A stretch of DNA of 64,000 bases from NCBI RefSeq assembly GCF_006345805.1, contig NC_043006.1:98580001-98644000 (forward strand). Reading direction: 5' to 3'. Below, piece after piece: positions 12,017 through 22,907 of this stretch (within the stretch, counting starts at the first letter, position 1; every line of letters starts with the position of its first letter). The notes beneath the pieces are model-generated. The model was given only the letters and a program-made list of their open reading frames with translations. It was not told the DNA's origin and made no database searches. This DNA comes from Octopus sinensis. Lineage: Eukaryota. Position numbers and translations under genes: made by a program.

Positions 12017-14029
12017 ATGGCAACTAGAACCACGTGGCTAGCCCGCCAGTCATGCAGAACGGTAGCAAAACACTATTGCTACCACTAGCTGCTAAACATC
12101 GCAGCGTGAACACCGCTGTCACCACCATCACCACCACCAACAACAACAACCAAATCTAACGTCGCATTTACCATCGCCGCGACCAAAGACATTAACTTAG
12201 ATTTCCCCTCACTCCCCACACCACTTGTTGATGATAAAGGGACAGAGAAAGGGATTTCAAAAATGAATACAAACGAAAACATGAATGCCAGCACCACCAC
12301 CATCACCACCAACAACAACAACAACGAAATTGGCACAAAGCCGCCTACCAAGACAACACCGCCAACACCAACACCACTACTACGACGTCAAATGCTACAT
12401 CCAAGCCTTCTGCTGCTAATACCACCGCCAACACCACCCACTACCATGACTTCAATTAACACTGCCACAATTAACACTTCTACTGCCAAATTCAAAACGA
12501 ATTTTGCGGACGTAACAAAACAAAAAGAACAATTGTAACATTCACCACACAAGAGATAACCGCACAAGGCACTCTTCTCCAAAGAAGGAGACAAATTGCA
12601 CCTTCATATTCCACAACACATCGTGGAAAACACGCAAAAAAAAACAATAATTTATAAAGTAATAAACAAAAAAACAAGAAGAACAGAAAATGCACCGCAG
12701 GAAAAAATCGATAATGCCTTCGTCCTGTATGGGACTCCAAGGAATATATCAGTTGGGGAAACAAATTTGGTACAGTCCAAGTACGTTTCCTCAACGAAAG
12801 TTTAGCAAAACGTTTTTCCACATTGGAGCTACATTCGGACGACTTGGTAATGATACCAGTCTATTTAAACAAAAGGGTCACGAAAGTCCAAATAAAAAAC
12901 ATACCATTTGATGTCGAAACACAATGGGTGGTCTCTGCCATCTGCTTTGAAATGTCAGAGACAATGTCAGAGACAAACATCCTGGAAATCGCGGTTCTAG
13001 GAGAGAAAGACTATGTGGGCAAATCAATCGAATTCCTGCTTCAATTGGATGAAGCAGCAAGAGAGAAGATACCCACCGCTATAGAACTGCCAGGAGGCTA
13101 CAAACTCTATATAGTGGTAGAGGGCAGGCGACCACGCTGCTATTTGTGTGGAAGCGAGACACACTTGAAAAAGACGTGCCCAACCACTGCACACCAAGAG
13201 CAACAACAACAACCACTACCACAACCAAAGCACTCCGGAAAAAAAGCTCTACTACCCACACCACTACCACCACCACCATCAACACAGAAGACACAAGAGA
13301 AGCACACCAAGCTAATCCGTCATCAACCAAAAACCACTCGACACCTGGAAAAATACCAACACTAACCATCAACAGCAAAACCCAAAGGAACAGAAAAACA
13401 AAGAAAACACACACAAACTGATCCCCCATCCCTTATACCGCACTCAACACACACAAACACTCACAACCAACAACAACAACGAAAACAACAACACAACCAC
13501 TTACACAGACATACATAGAAGCCCACAACATACCCCTACCCCTACCCCCTTCTGATTCCTCAGAAATTTCGTCGGAAGACGAAACCAGTGAGGAATGGCA
13601 AATAGCTACAAAAAGAAGGAAAATAAAGAGCAGAAACACAACCAAACAAAATGCAAACACGAACAAAGCAGGGGGAAATACATCTCCCGAAGACATTTCA
13701 AAACCCAACGCAAACAACAGCCACACCAACACCACAAAAACATATACAGCAAACATGCTCACAGCCATAGACACCAAAAACACAAATGTGATGGAATACA
13801 TCCAATCAAAAACACCATAACAGAAGATGACATAAAAACAAACACCCACCATACACAACACCACCAGACCACATCAAAATAATACACATCTCCAAAAGTC
13901 TGCACCACACACTCAAAGCATTTCCCCAGTGCGGTTGGTAAATGCCAAAAATATCTCACAAAGAAACTGTACTGGGATCTTCTCGAGGACAAACCAACGG
14001 AGGAGAAAGCAAAAACTTTCGAGCAGTAA
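12017..14029 (+). pseudogene. ORF1 (gag-like RNA-binding protein with CX2CX4HX4C knuckle), frameshifted as assembled; start codon uncertain
   Basis: Pieces at 12263-12538, 12596-12805 and 12823-13365 (CYLCGSETHLKKTC). Stop TAA at 14027-14029. Confidence 0.75.
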
Positions 14030-14060
14030 GTAACCCTCTGTATTCTAATTCATTAGAACT

Positions 14061-17000
14061 ATGATCAGATTGGTTGTGTAATGCGCGTGGCTTGGGGTCC
14101 CCTTGGAAACAAGGTACCTCTTAAATGACATAAAGTCACATAAGTTAGAAATCATAGCCATAAGCGAGACCAGACTCCACAATCCGCGGGCCCTAAAGAC
14201 CATGTTTGGCGGACAGTTCAACATTTATTTTTCCCCCTGTCTGCCGAGAATGGGCGGTAGTGGCACCGCGGTACTTTTTCACAAGAGTCTGGATCTCAAT
14301 GTAAGGACAATATTCGTAGACCCGGAGGGTAGACTGGTCGTCCTGGATGTCGACGGCAGCAATGGGTGCGCTTTTCGGCTCGTATCAGTTTACGCACCGC
14401 CCTTAACAGGTCGGGCGGATTTCTTTCAACGTCTAGAAGTTTTCTTGGAACGTCTCGTCCTTTACTCTTAGTGGGGGATTGGAATGCTACCTTGGACACG
14501 CATGTAGACTACGTGGGTAGAGATAGGAATAGACGGGGATGCAAATGCCTCAGAGACCTGCTCAGACGCTTTCAACTGTCTGACAGGTTTCGACTAGACC
14601 ACCGAATGCGCCAACGTGGACATGGAGCAACCGCATCGGGTCGTCGAGATCGTATCTAGATAGGATACTGTGTAGGACAGTAGATAGAGATAGCATAGGA
14701 TGTCCCAATTCCACATAGTCAGCTACACGGATCACAAACTTGTGACATGTACGCTAGACTTAGGTAAGAACCTTAGGCAGGGTCCCGGATACTGGAAACT
14801 AAACGCGTCTTTCCCATCGAGACAAGTTTTCAGAGACCGGATTAGCACACTAGTAAAGAGGGCTTTGACGGGAGCCATCATCAACAACAAATGGTGGTTT
14901 GCCCTCAAGAGAGCAGTAAAAGCAGAAGCGATTAGGTACAGCAAAGCACTAGCCATAGATAGAAATAGAGTAGAGGGTGAGCTAGTTAAGAAGCTAGAAG
15001 AGGCAATTAGAAGCGGCATCGCATCCGACGTTTTGGCGGCGAGGTTGGCCCTCGACCAACACTTCAACGCCAAACACGAAGGATGTGCTGTCAGAGCTAG
15101 GATGCGTGCTCTAAGGAACGAAGGTGTTGGAGCCGCGAGAGAGGCCCGGGTGGCAGAGGCGCAACAGGGCAACAAAGCCACCATTCGGTCACTGGTAGAT
15201 GAACAGGGGCGGCGAATTGCTCGAGCCAAGTAAAATGTGTGAGGCCTTTCAGCAGCATTTTGCCCGACTGTTCGGAACGAGTGGAGGGCAAGAACGTAGG
15301 GTGGACTTCAGTGCCTACCTACATAGCCTACCACGACTCTCGACAAGAAAGGCAGGGTGCTGCGAAGGTGCCATCACGGCGGCGGAAGTGCGGGAAGCGA
15401 TGGCAGAATGCTCGAGGGACAAATCACCGTTTTGGATGGTCTACCCTACGAGCTTTACAATTGTATGCCAGACTTGTTTGGAGATCTCTTGGCGGCGGTG
15501 TACTGCAACTGGCAGCAAAACGGGAGCATTCCTGGTTTTGTGAGCCGAGGAGCCGTAACACTGCTGAAGAAAGATCTAAACAAGGGAAATGTAATAGATA
15601 ACTTTAGGCCCATCACTCTGCTTAATGCAGACTTGAAAATTTTGGCCAAGGTGCTAGCCAAGAGGTTGGCGCTTGTCATCGAGAAACTGGTCGACAAGGC
15701 GCAAACATGCGCCGTGCCAGGCCGGACCATCCATGACAACCTCCATCTGATGCGCTACATCATAGACAGGGTAGTTAACGAACCTGGCATGGGTGGGGCC
15801 CTGATCAACTTGGATCAATCAAAAGCCTTTGATAGGGTAGACCATCGATACTTGGAGGCAGTCCTGAGAGCGGCTGGTTTCGGTCCCGTCTTCCTTGTAC
15901 AGAGGCATCCGTTCGGTAATTCGCGTAAATGGACATCTATCGAGACCTTTCGACATTGCACGTTCGGTCCGTCAGGGATGCCCCCTCTCGGCGCTTCTAT
16001 ACGTATTGACTCTTGAGCCACTACTGCGGAAGCTGGCGACTCTAAGGGGCATCCCGCGAGAATTGGGATGCGGGACGAGCGTGTCTGCATACGCGGACGA
16101 CGTCACCGTCATAGTGTCTAGCCACGAGCACATCGAGCTGGTCGGCGAGACACTGAAAAACTACGAAGCGGTGACAGGAGCGAAAATCAACCGGAAAAGT
16201 CAGTGGGCTTGCGACTAGGCACCTGGAGAAGCAAGCCCATGCCGTCCACCAGCGCCTCCGTCGTGGGACGCTGGACCGACGGCCCGGTTGAGTTGCTCGG
16301 GTCTGTTTGGTCCGGACCTCCAAGTGGAGAAGAACTGGAACGAGATAACGAGTAGGGTTGGGTCTCTCCGCCCGGCAATGGGCCGAGAGGAAGCTGTCCT
16401 CTAAGTCGAGCGGAGTGTGGCGAACACGTCACATCGCGTCCGTCAGACGTACCTGCCGACCTCGTACCCTACCGTCCGTCCCTACCCTGCCCCCGACCAC
16501 CATCACCAACTACAACGCATCCTCTTTCGCTTCTTGTGGAAAGGATGCGTCCCGATGGTCAGGCGATCCATTTGCTGTCAACACCCCCGTTAAAAGGAGG
16601 GCTGGGCATGCCGTGGTTGATGATGCGCAGACACGCGCTGAGACTGCGACATCTCTGGCTCTATGTAGACGACGGTGAACAGGTGTGGTCGCCGTTTGTG
16701 AGGCACGCTTTCCCGCAGCTCGTCTCCATGACCGAACTGCAGTCGTGGATCAAAAAGAGGCCGAGGAAGGGCGAATGGCACCGCGAGTGTCGCGTTGCTC
16801 TCAAGCAACTCTGCCGTCCTGGGTCGACCTTAAGTGACTTCAACACAACCAAAGCATTCTATAGGGGTTTAGTGGAGGGGAGGTACGACGACGAGCTCGG
16901 GGCGAACCTGGACGTCGACGAGGAGTACCTGACCCGCCTGTTCGGGACGACTTTCGGGCCAGGGCCCATGGACAACTTCCAGAGATCCCTGGCCTGGCAG

Positions 17001-17488
17001 TGCTACCGAGAAGCGCTACCCGTTCGGGATAAGCTCTACAGACACGGCTCGAGAAACACGGGGCCGACCTGCCCGAGATGCGGTCAGAGCGACGAAACCG
17101 TTCTGCACGCACTCGTTCAGTGTCCAACAATTTCCGACCTGTGGGCTTATGTCGAACAACTGCTGTCACGTGTGGGACGAGTCGGTTTATCAGCTGAGTC
17201 TATCGTCAATATTGTCACGCCTCCTTCCTTCAAACGGGAAGGAAGAGCTATTTTCATCATCCTTGTGGCTATGGCGAAAGAATGTATCTGGTGGACGCGT
17301 CTGAAAGGATTGGAGACAAACACTTTCCTCTCTGGTCAATCTCTCATCAACTTCTTCAAGTACCACTTGAAAAGGAAAGTGAGAGTAGAGAGGCAAGTTT
17401 TGTCTAGCGAATGTTTTAAAAAAAGATGGGTGAATGTAGCAAGAATGGCACGTATGAATGACGAAGCCACTTGAGCATAGTCCTATGA
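14061..17488 (+). pseudogene. ORF2 APE-RT-zinc finger, multiply frameshifted as assembled
   Basis: Same peptide blocks as copy 1, in ORFs 14103-14471, 14700-15233, 15357-16016, 15895-16218 and 16536-17474. There is a 17-bp deletion near 15894 and a noisy stretch at ~16360-16520. Confidence 0.88.
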
Positions 17489-17883
17489 ACCCAGAAATCG
17501 AAAACAGAGAGTTGCTTATTTGCAAAAAAAAAAAAAAAAAAAAAAAATATAAAATGTGACTTCATTGACCGAGGTTACCGTGGTCTTTTCCGCAGGCTTT
17601 TCTTTCCACGGGTAAACCTCACCTGTCCTCCCCTTTACACTTCATATTGACATTTCTGTGATACGATCCCATTGATAATTTTTTTCCTCTCCCCCCCTTT
17701 TTTTTTTTTTTTTTTTTAACCCCCCTTATTTTTGTCCCCTTTCTCTCCTTTTACGATCCCTTTTGATCGAACCTCCCCCTTCCTTTTTTTTTTTTTTTTT
17801 TTTTTTTTAATACCTTCAAAAGAAAAGCTCTACCTTGTATTTGTTCTATCTGTGTGCAGCCCTGTTGGCTAATAAAGAAACAT

Positions 17884-17919
17884 ATCTATCTGCTGTCTAT
17901 CTATCTATCTAACTACCTA

Positions 17920-17953
<34 letters not shown>

Positions 17954-18130
17954 CCTCCTATCTATCTATCTATCTTGTCTGTCTGTCTGCCTGCCTGTCT
18001 ATCTATCTATCTATCTATCTATCTTATATCTACTCTATCTTCTACATACCTACCTCCTTATCTATCTATCTATCTTCTATCTATCTATCTATCTATCGAT
18101 CTATCTGTCTGTCTCTATCTATCTACCTAC

Positions 18131-18169
<39 letters not shown>

Positions 18170-18182
18170 CCTACCTACCTAC

Positions 18183-18220
<38 letters not shown>

Positions 18221-18286
18221 GTCTGTCTGTCTGCCTGTCTGTCTATCTATCTATCTATCTATCTATCTGTCTATCTATCTATCTAC

Positions 18287-18344
<58 letters not shown>

Positions 18345-18380
18345 GTATGTCTGTCTGTCTCTCTCTCTCTCTTTCTATCT
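17884..18380. repeat. (ATCT)n microsatellite grading into (CT)n
   Basis: Directly visible. Confidence 0.97.
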
Positions 18381-19088
18381 ATATGAATAAACGCATATGT
18401 ATATACTAATATATTCATACATGCACACATATAGGTATATTTTACATATGCCAGTATGCATACACGCTTAGCATTCATAAATAGTCATCAGAGATATAAA
18501 CGAAGCATCATATGCCCGCAGATCTATTCTCACACAGTGACACAGCATGTATACACACGCACAAAGAGACATGCATTGTATATTTATTTTTCCTTTGTAT
18601 TCCATATAGTTAGCTGTTCAATATTGTGTTTATTAGTGTTTATTAGTTGTATATGTATATTTATATATTCTCTGCATCAATATATAGTTTGAACATTATT
18701 GGTAATATAAAATACCACGCATATTTTGAAAGAGTTCGAAAATTGATTTTATTAAGCTAAACAAAAAATAAATATTTAGAAGTTCTTTACGTGTGCCTGT
18801 GGTAAATATTGTATATAATTCTCTTTTACTTAATAGATTTAACCTGTTATCACTCAGAAATTAATTTTATGAACATTAAAATCTGATATCATATATTTAA
18901 CAGGATTTTCTATGGAGAGTGTGTATTGTTCACGTATAAAACAAAAGAAAGATCTTGCACTAATATTTCAATGGGGATGAGAGCATGGCATTTGATGTAA
19001 GTGTACGAAGATGTAAATATCTCAATAAAATCAAACATAGGCAGGTCCATTATTGAAAATATGTTATTTTAACACGACACACCCAAGT

Positions 19089-19478
19089 CTTTTACTCTTT
19101 TACTTGCTTCAGTCATTTGACTGCGGCCATGCTGGAGCACCGACTTTAGTCGAGCAAATCGACCCCAGGACTTATTCTATTGGTCTCTTTTGCCGAACCG
19201 CTAAGTTACGGGGACGTAAACACACCAGCAACAGTTGTCAAGCGATGTGGGGAGGACAAACAGAGACACACAAATACACACACACATACACACACATATA
19301 TATACTTTAATACGACGGGCTTCTTTCAGTTTCCGTCTACCAAATCCACTTACAAGGCTTTGGTCCGACCGAGGCTATATTAGAAGACACTTGCCCAAGG
19401 TGCCACACAGTGGGACAGAACCCAGAACCATGTGGTTCGTAAACAAGCTACTTACCACACAGCCACACCTACGCCTAT
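19089..19478 (-). mobile_element. tRNA-derived SINE, family S3, with internal CA/TA microsatellite
   Basis: Head ataggcgtaggtgtggctgtgtggtaag...gggttctgtccc on the minus strand. Homologous to 41715-42100 (+). Confidence 0.85.
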
Positions 19479-20434
19479 ATATTTTAATAAAATTGTATTT
19501 TGTAGCTTATATTTAGGAGAGTTGGTACCTCCTTATTTCTGTGTCGTAATCACCTTCACAAAATTTTTGCAAGACATTTGACAACTATTTTCACTTATTT
19601 ACCAAATTATTGACATGGTTCGATGTTTTCCATAGAGTACGACATACTGTTATATTGTTCCAGGCATTCGCCATTCAGCAGTCATAGAACAAATATCTAA
19701 CTTTATCACCAGGGGGATTTTAGATCTCGGCAGCTTATGGTGTATCTCAGAGAAATATGTAATGTCTTTTATATGGGTAATAATATACTAAATAAGTATA
19801 TCTCTGAATCTGTACAGAATTGTGCAAATGGGTTTTATAGCAAGTGTGAAATCATAGCATAGTGGGAGTAACTCTATGATGGAGAGATTAAGTAAACGGG
19901 AATAAACGTATAGTTTCATTTTTATATTTCGAACATGAAGCCCCAGAAAGCACATTAAATGAATGTTGTGTACAACTTTCCAATGATGTATTTATATATT
20001 GCTGTACATAATACGTTTAATATCGCATCAATGTATTTTTCTAAGAGAACAGCTACTCATATTATGGAAAATGTTACTTGTTATAGCATAGAAAAGAGTA
20101 ATCAGGTTTGCTTGTATTTTATATTGCTTACTTAGTAGAAATTCACACATCTACTAGGGAAGAAAATTGCCGATTGTAATAGCGTTCAAAAGAAAGTAGT
20201 GAGATACGGACTTAAATAAATGCATAGTATCTAACGCTATAGTCCAATGATGACTATGCGAAATATATGAACAAACGAATTAACTGCAAATAAAATGGAT
20301 TCTGGTTATATTCAATTGGTTGTATCATATTCTGTACCTCAACAAAAATGAAAAATTGGTATTTTGCTAGGGCATGTAATAGGATTATTAACTATCCAAT
20401 GACTGTTCAAAGGGAGAACATAGAGAAATAGGCT

Positions 20435-20597
20435 GATATTTTTCTGGGAGGAGTTAGTCAATTACATTGACTCGCAGTACTCAACTGGTACCTATTCTCT
20501 AAGCATAAACACCAAAGTCGACCTCAGCACAATTCCAAATTAGAAAGTAAATTAGCACTTTCTACGGCGTACTAACGATTCTGCCAACCCAATGCCT
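20435..20597 (-). mobile_element. Decayed SINE S1
   Basis: aactggtacc...aaagtcgacctcagc...ctaacgattctgccaac. Confidence 0.65.
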
Positions 20598-20599
20598 TC

Positions 20600-20648
<49 letters not shown>

Positions 20649-20680
20649 TAATAATAATAATAATAATAATAATAATATCA
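20600..20680. repeat. (TAA)n microsatellite
   Basis: Directly visible. Confidence 0.97.
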
Positions 20681-21260
20681 TCGCCATTATTGTTACAAAT
20701 ATGATATCATAGTGACACTGGAGTAAAATATACGAAGCTCAGTATACACATCAAAACTACTCGTCTGATAAGGATACATGAGGCACATGCATCACAATGA
20801 CGTGTGCGCCACATGGTGATTTCATATCAGGATAAACTGCGGGTGACCTTGCGGGTATCATTCAGAATTTCCTTCAGGTGAAGTAGCCCAACCCGCGCAA
20901 AAGGTCCCTCAATCAAGATTGTTTAAGGATGATGAACGAAACAGCCATGTTTCCAGAGATGGTTCGTTCAAGCCCCAAAGAATTCTTCTCAGTAGATGGC
21001 TATGATGCTCCCCAACTACTTCTGCTCGTGATCAGAGATGCACATACCGTCAGCCACTAAGGGACATGCTCAACTGTTTAAGGTCAAACAACTGACATGC
21101 AAATCTGTGGTATTGAGCAGAATATTTGCTGTAGCCCATCGTTTATAACAAGACACAACAATGTAAATGATAAAGTTCCAATGAGTTAAGATCAGAAGCC
21201 ATGAATGCTAGTGCCTGGTAGTGCATCAATTTATTATTATCATCATCATCATCATCATCA

Positions 21261-21338
<78 letters not shown>

Positions 21339-21340
21339 CA

Positions 21341-22270
21341 TTCAGTAGTTTTATTTTTATATCGTGCTTTCACTTCACTACCGATCGCAGCTCTGTGTGC
21401 CTTGGGTATGTGCTGTGATTTGTTGTGATGCTCTGATGTTTATTGTATGGAAAGGGTTCTGCGTAGGATGTGTGTAGTGCCTAGTAGAGCAATTTTCTAT
21501 ATGTTATATGTGTTTGTAAGTCCTGGTGTTTTTGTTATGTATTTGTCTGAATATTTTTTTATCATGCCTAATGCACCCTGGTGTATTTTTTCTTTTAGAT
21601 GTTCTATTTCTATTTCTGATATTTGTTTTGCTTTGAGAATGTATCTTCGTAAGTTAGCTATTTTCCTTCCATATTTTATATGTATGTGTTGTTGTGTTTA
21701 CATTTTGGGGGTAGAGCACTGCTGTGAAGTATGCGTGTAGGATAGAAATGTATTCCTCACATGTCCATTTATGTCTTTTGGGTTTTATCTGCGGGACATG
21801 AGGAACAACGTCCGGCCCATTATTTTGACGGTCGTCATTTTCGTAGGGTACCGGTCCGTTCATTTCTATTGTCACATTGTTTTGCACGTGTAGTTTTTCG
21901 TACATTTTGTGTTGTAAGTTTAATGTACGTACCTCCCGATTGTTATTCTTGGGTTGAATAATATCGGTGGTATTTAATTTCTTCGTAGTTCCTTTGTACA
22001 TGGTGTTTGAGGTCGTGGATGATCTGGTGTTGATTGATCGTAATATTCCACGCATGCTTACATGTGTTGTGTTAGAGGTGGAGATGATATCGAGGCAAAA
22101 TACATCATTTCGTTTCGAAAATAGAAATAAATTTTAATGGGCATTACTTACTCGGGTACAGTCCAATCCTTTGTTAGTAAATCTTTGGTTCCATACGATG
22201 TCCTTGTTTTCGATGTTTGTGGATAGATTTCAGAGCTCTGTTGTATCGTTCTTACATCTTAAACGTCCCC
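21341..22270 (-). mobile_element. Internally deleted non-autonomous R4/Dong-type element (5' end fused to 3' end), family A
   Basis: The minus strand starts ggggacg after (TAA)n. It encodes N-terminal RHKWTCEEYISILHAYF...ANLRRYILKAKQISEIEIE, then jumps at ~21578 to GALGMIKKYSDKYITKTPG...GTTHILRRTLSIQ* and the family A 3' UTR ending gaataataat. Confidence 0.8.
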
Positions 22271-22339
<69 letters not shown>

Positions 22340-22359
22340 CATTATTATTATTATTATTA

Positions 22360-22397
<38 letters not shown>

Positions 22398-22402
<5 letters not shown>

Positions 22403-22886
22403 TAGTTTTATTTTTATAGCGTGCTTTCACTTCACTACCGAGCGCAGCTCTGTGTGCCTTGGGTATGTGCTGTGATTTGTTATGATGCTCTGATCGTTAT
22501 TGTATAGAAAGTGTTCTGCGTAGGATGTGTGCAGTGCCTAGTAGTACAATTTTCTGCATGATATATGTGTTTGTAAGTTCTGGTGCTTTTGTTATGTATT
22601 TGTCTGAAAATTTTTTATCATGCCTAATGCCCCTACTATGATAGGAATTGTTTCTGTTTTTAGATTCCACATTCTGGTTACCTCTATTTCCAGGTCTTTG
22701 TATTTTGAAAGTTTCTCCATTTCTTTTAGAGACACGTTGTCATCTGCCGGTATTGATACATCAATTAGAAAGCATTTTTTCTTCATGATCTCAGCCAACT
22801 ATATCTGGTCTATTGGCCTTAATTTCTCTATCTGTGTGTATCGGCATATCCCAGAGTATGGTTGCTTTCTCGTTTTCTGTGACCTT
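22398..22886 (-). mobile_element. R4/Dong-type LINE, family A, 5'-truncated 3' fragment (RLE domain)
   Basis: [21 protein letters not shown]...[28 protein letters not shown]...GALG. Flanked on both sides by (TAA)n. Confidence 0.9.
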
Positions 22887-22907
22887 TTATTATTATTATT
22901 ATTATTA

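Larger units (their letters stand above)
11797..17883 (+). mobile_element. Tx1/L1-clade non-LTR retrotransposon, copy 2, apparently full length (~6.1 kb)
   Basis: 5' UTR, ORF1, ORF2 and 3' UTR. Near-identical to copy 1 over the shared ~4.9 kb. Confidence 0.93.

Noticed and set aside
22150-22270. HDV-like ribozyme at the Dong 5' end
   Set aside because: Known for some R2/R4 elements, but I could not find a convincing P1/P3/L3 pattern here.
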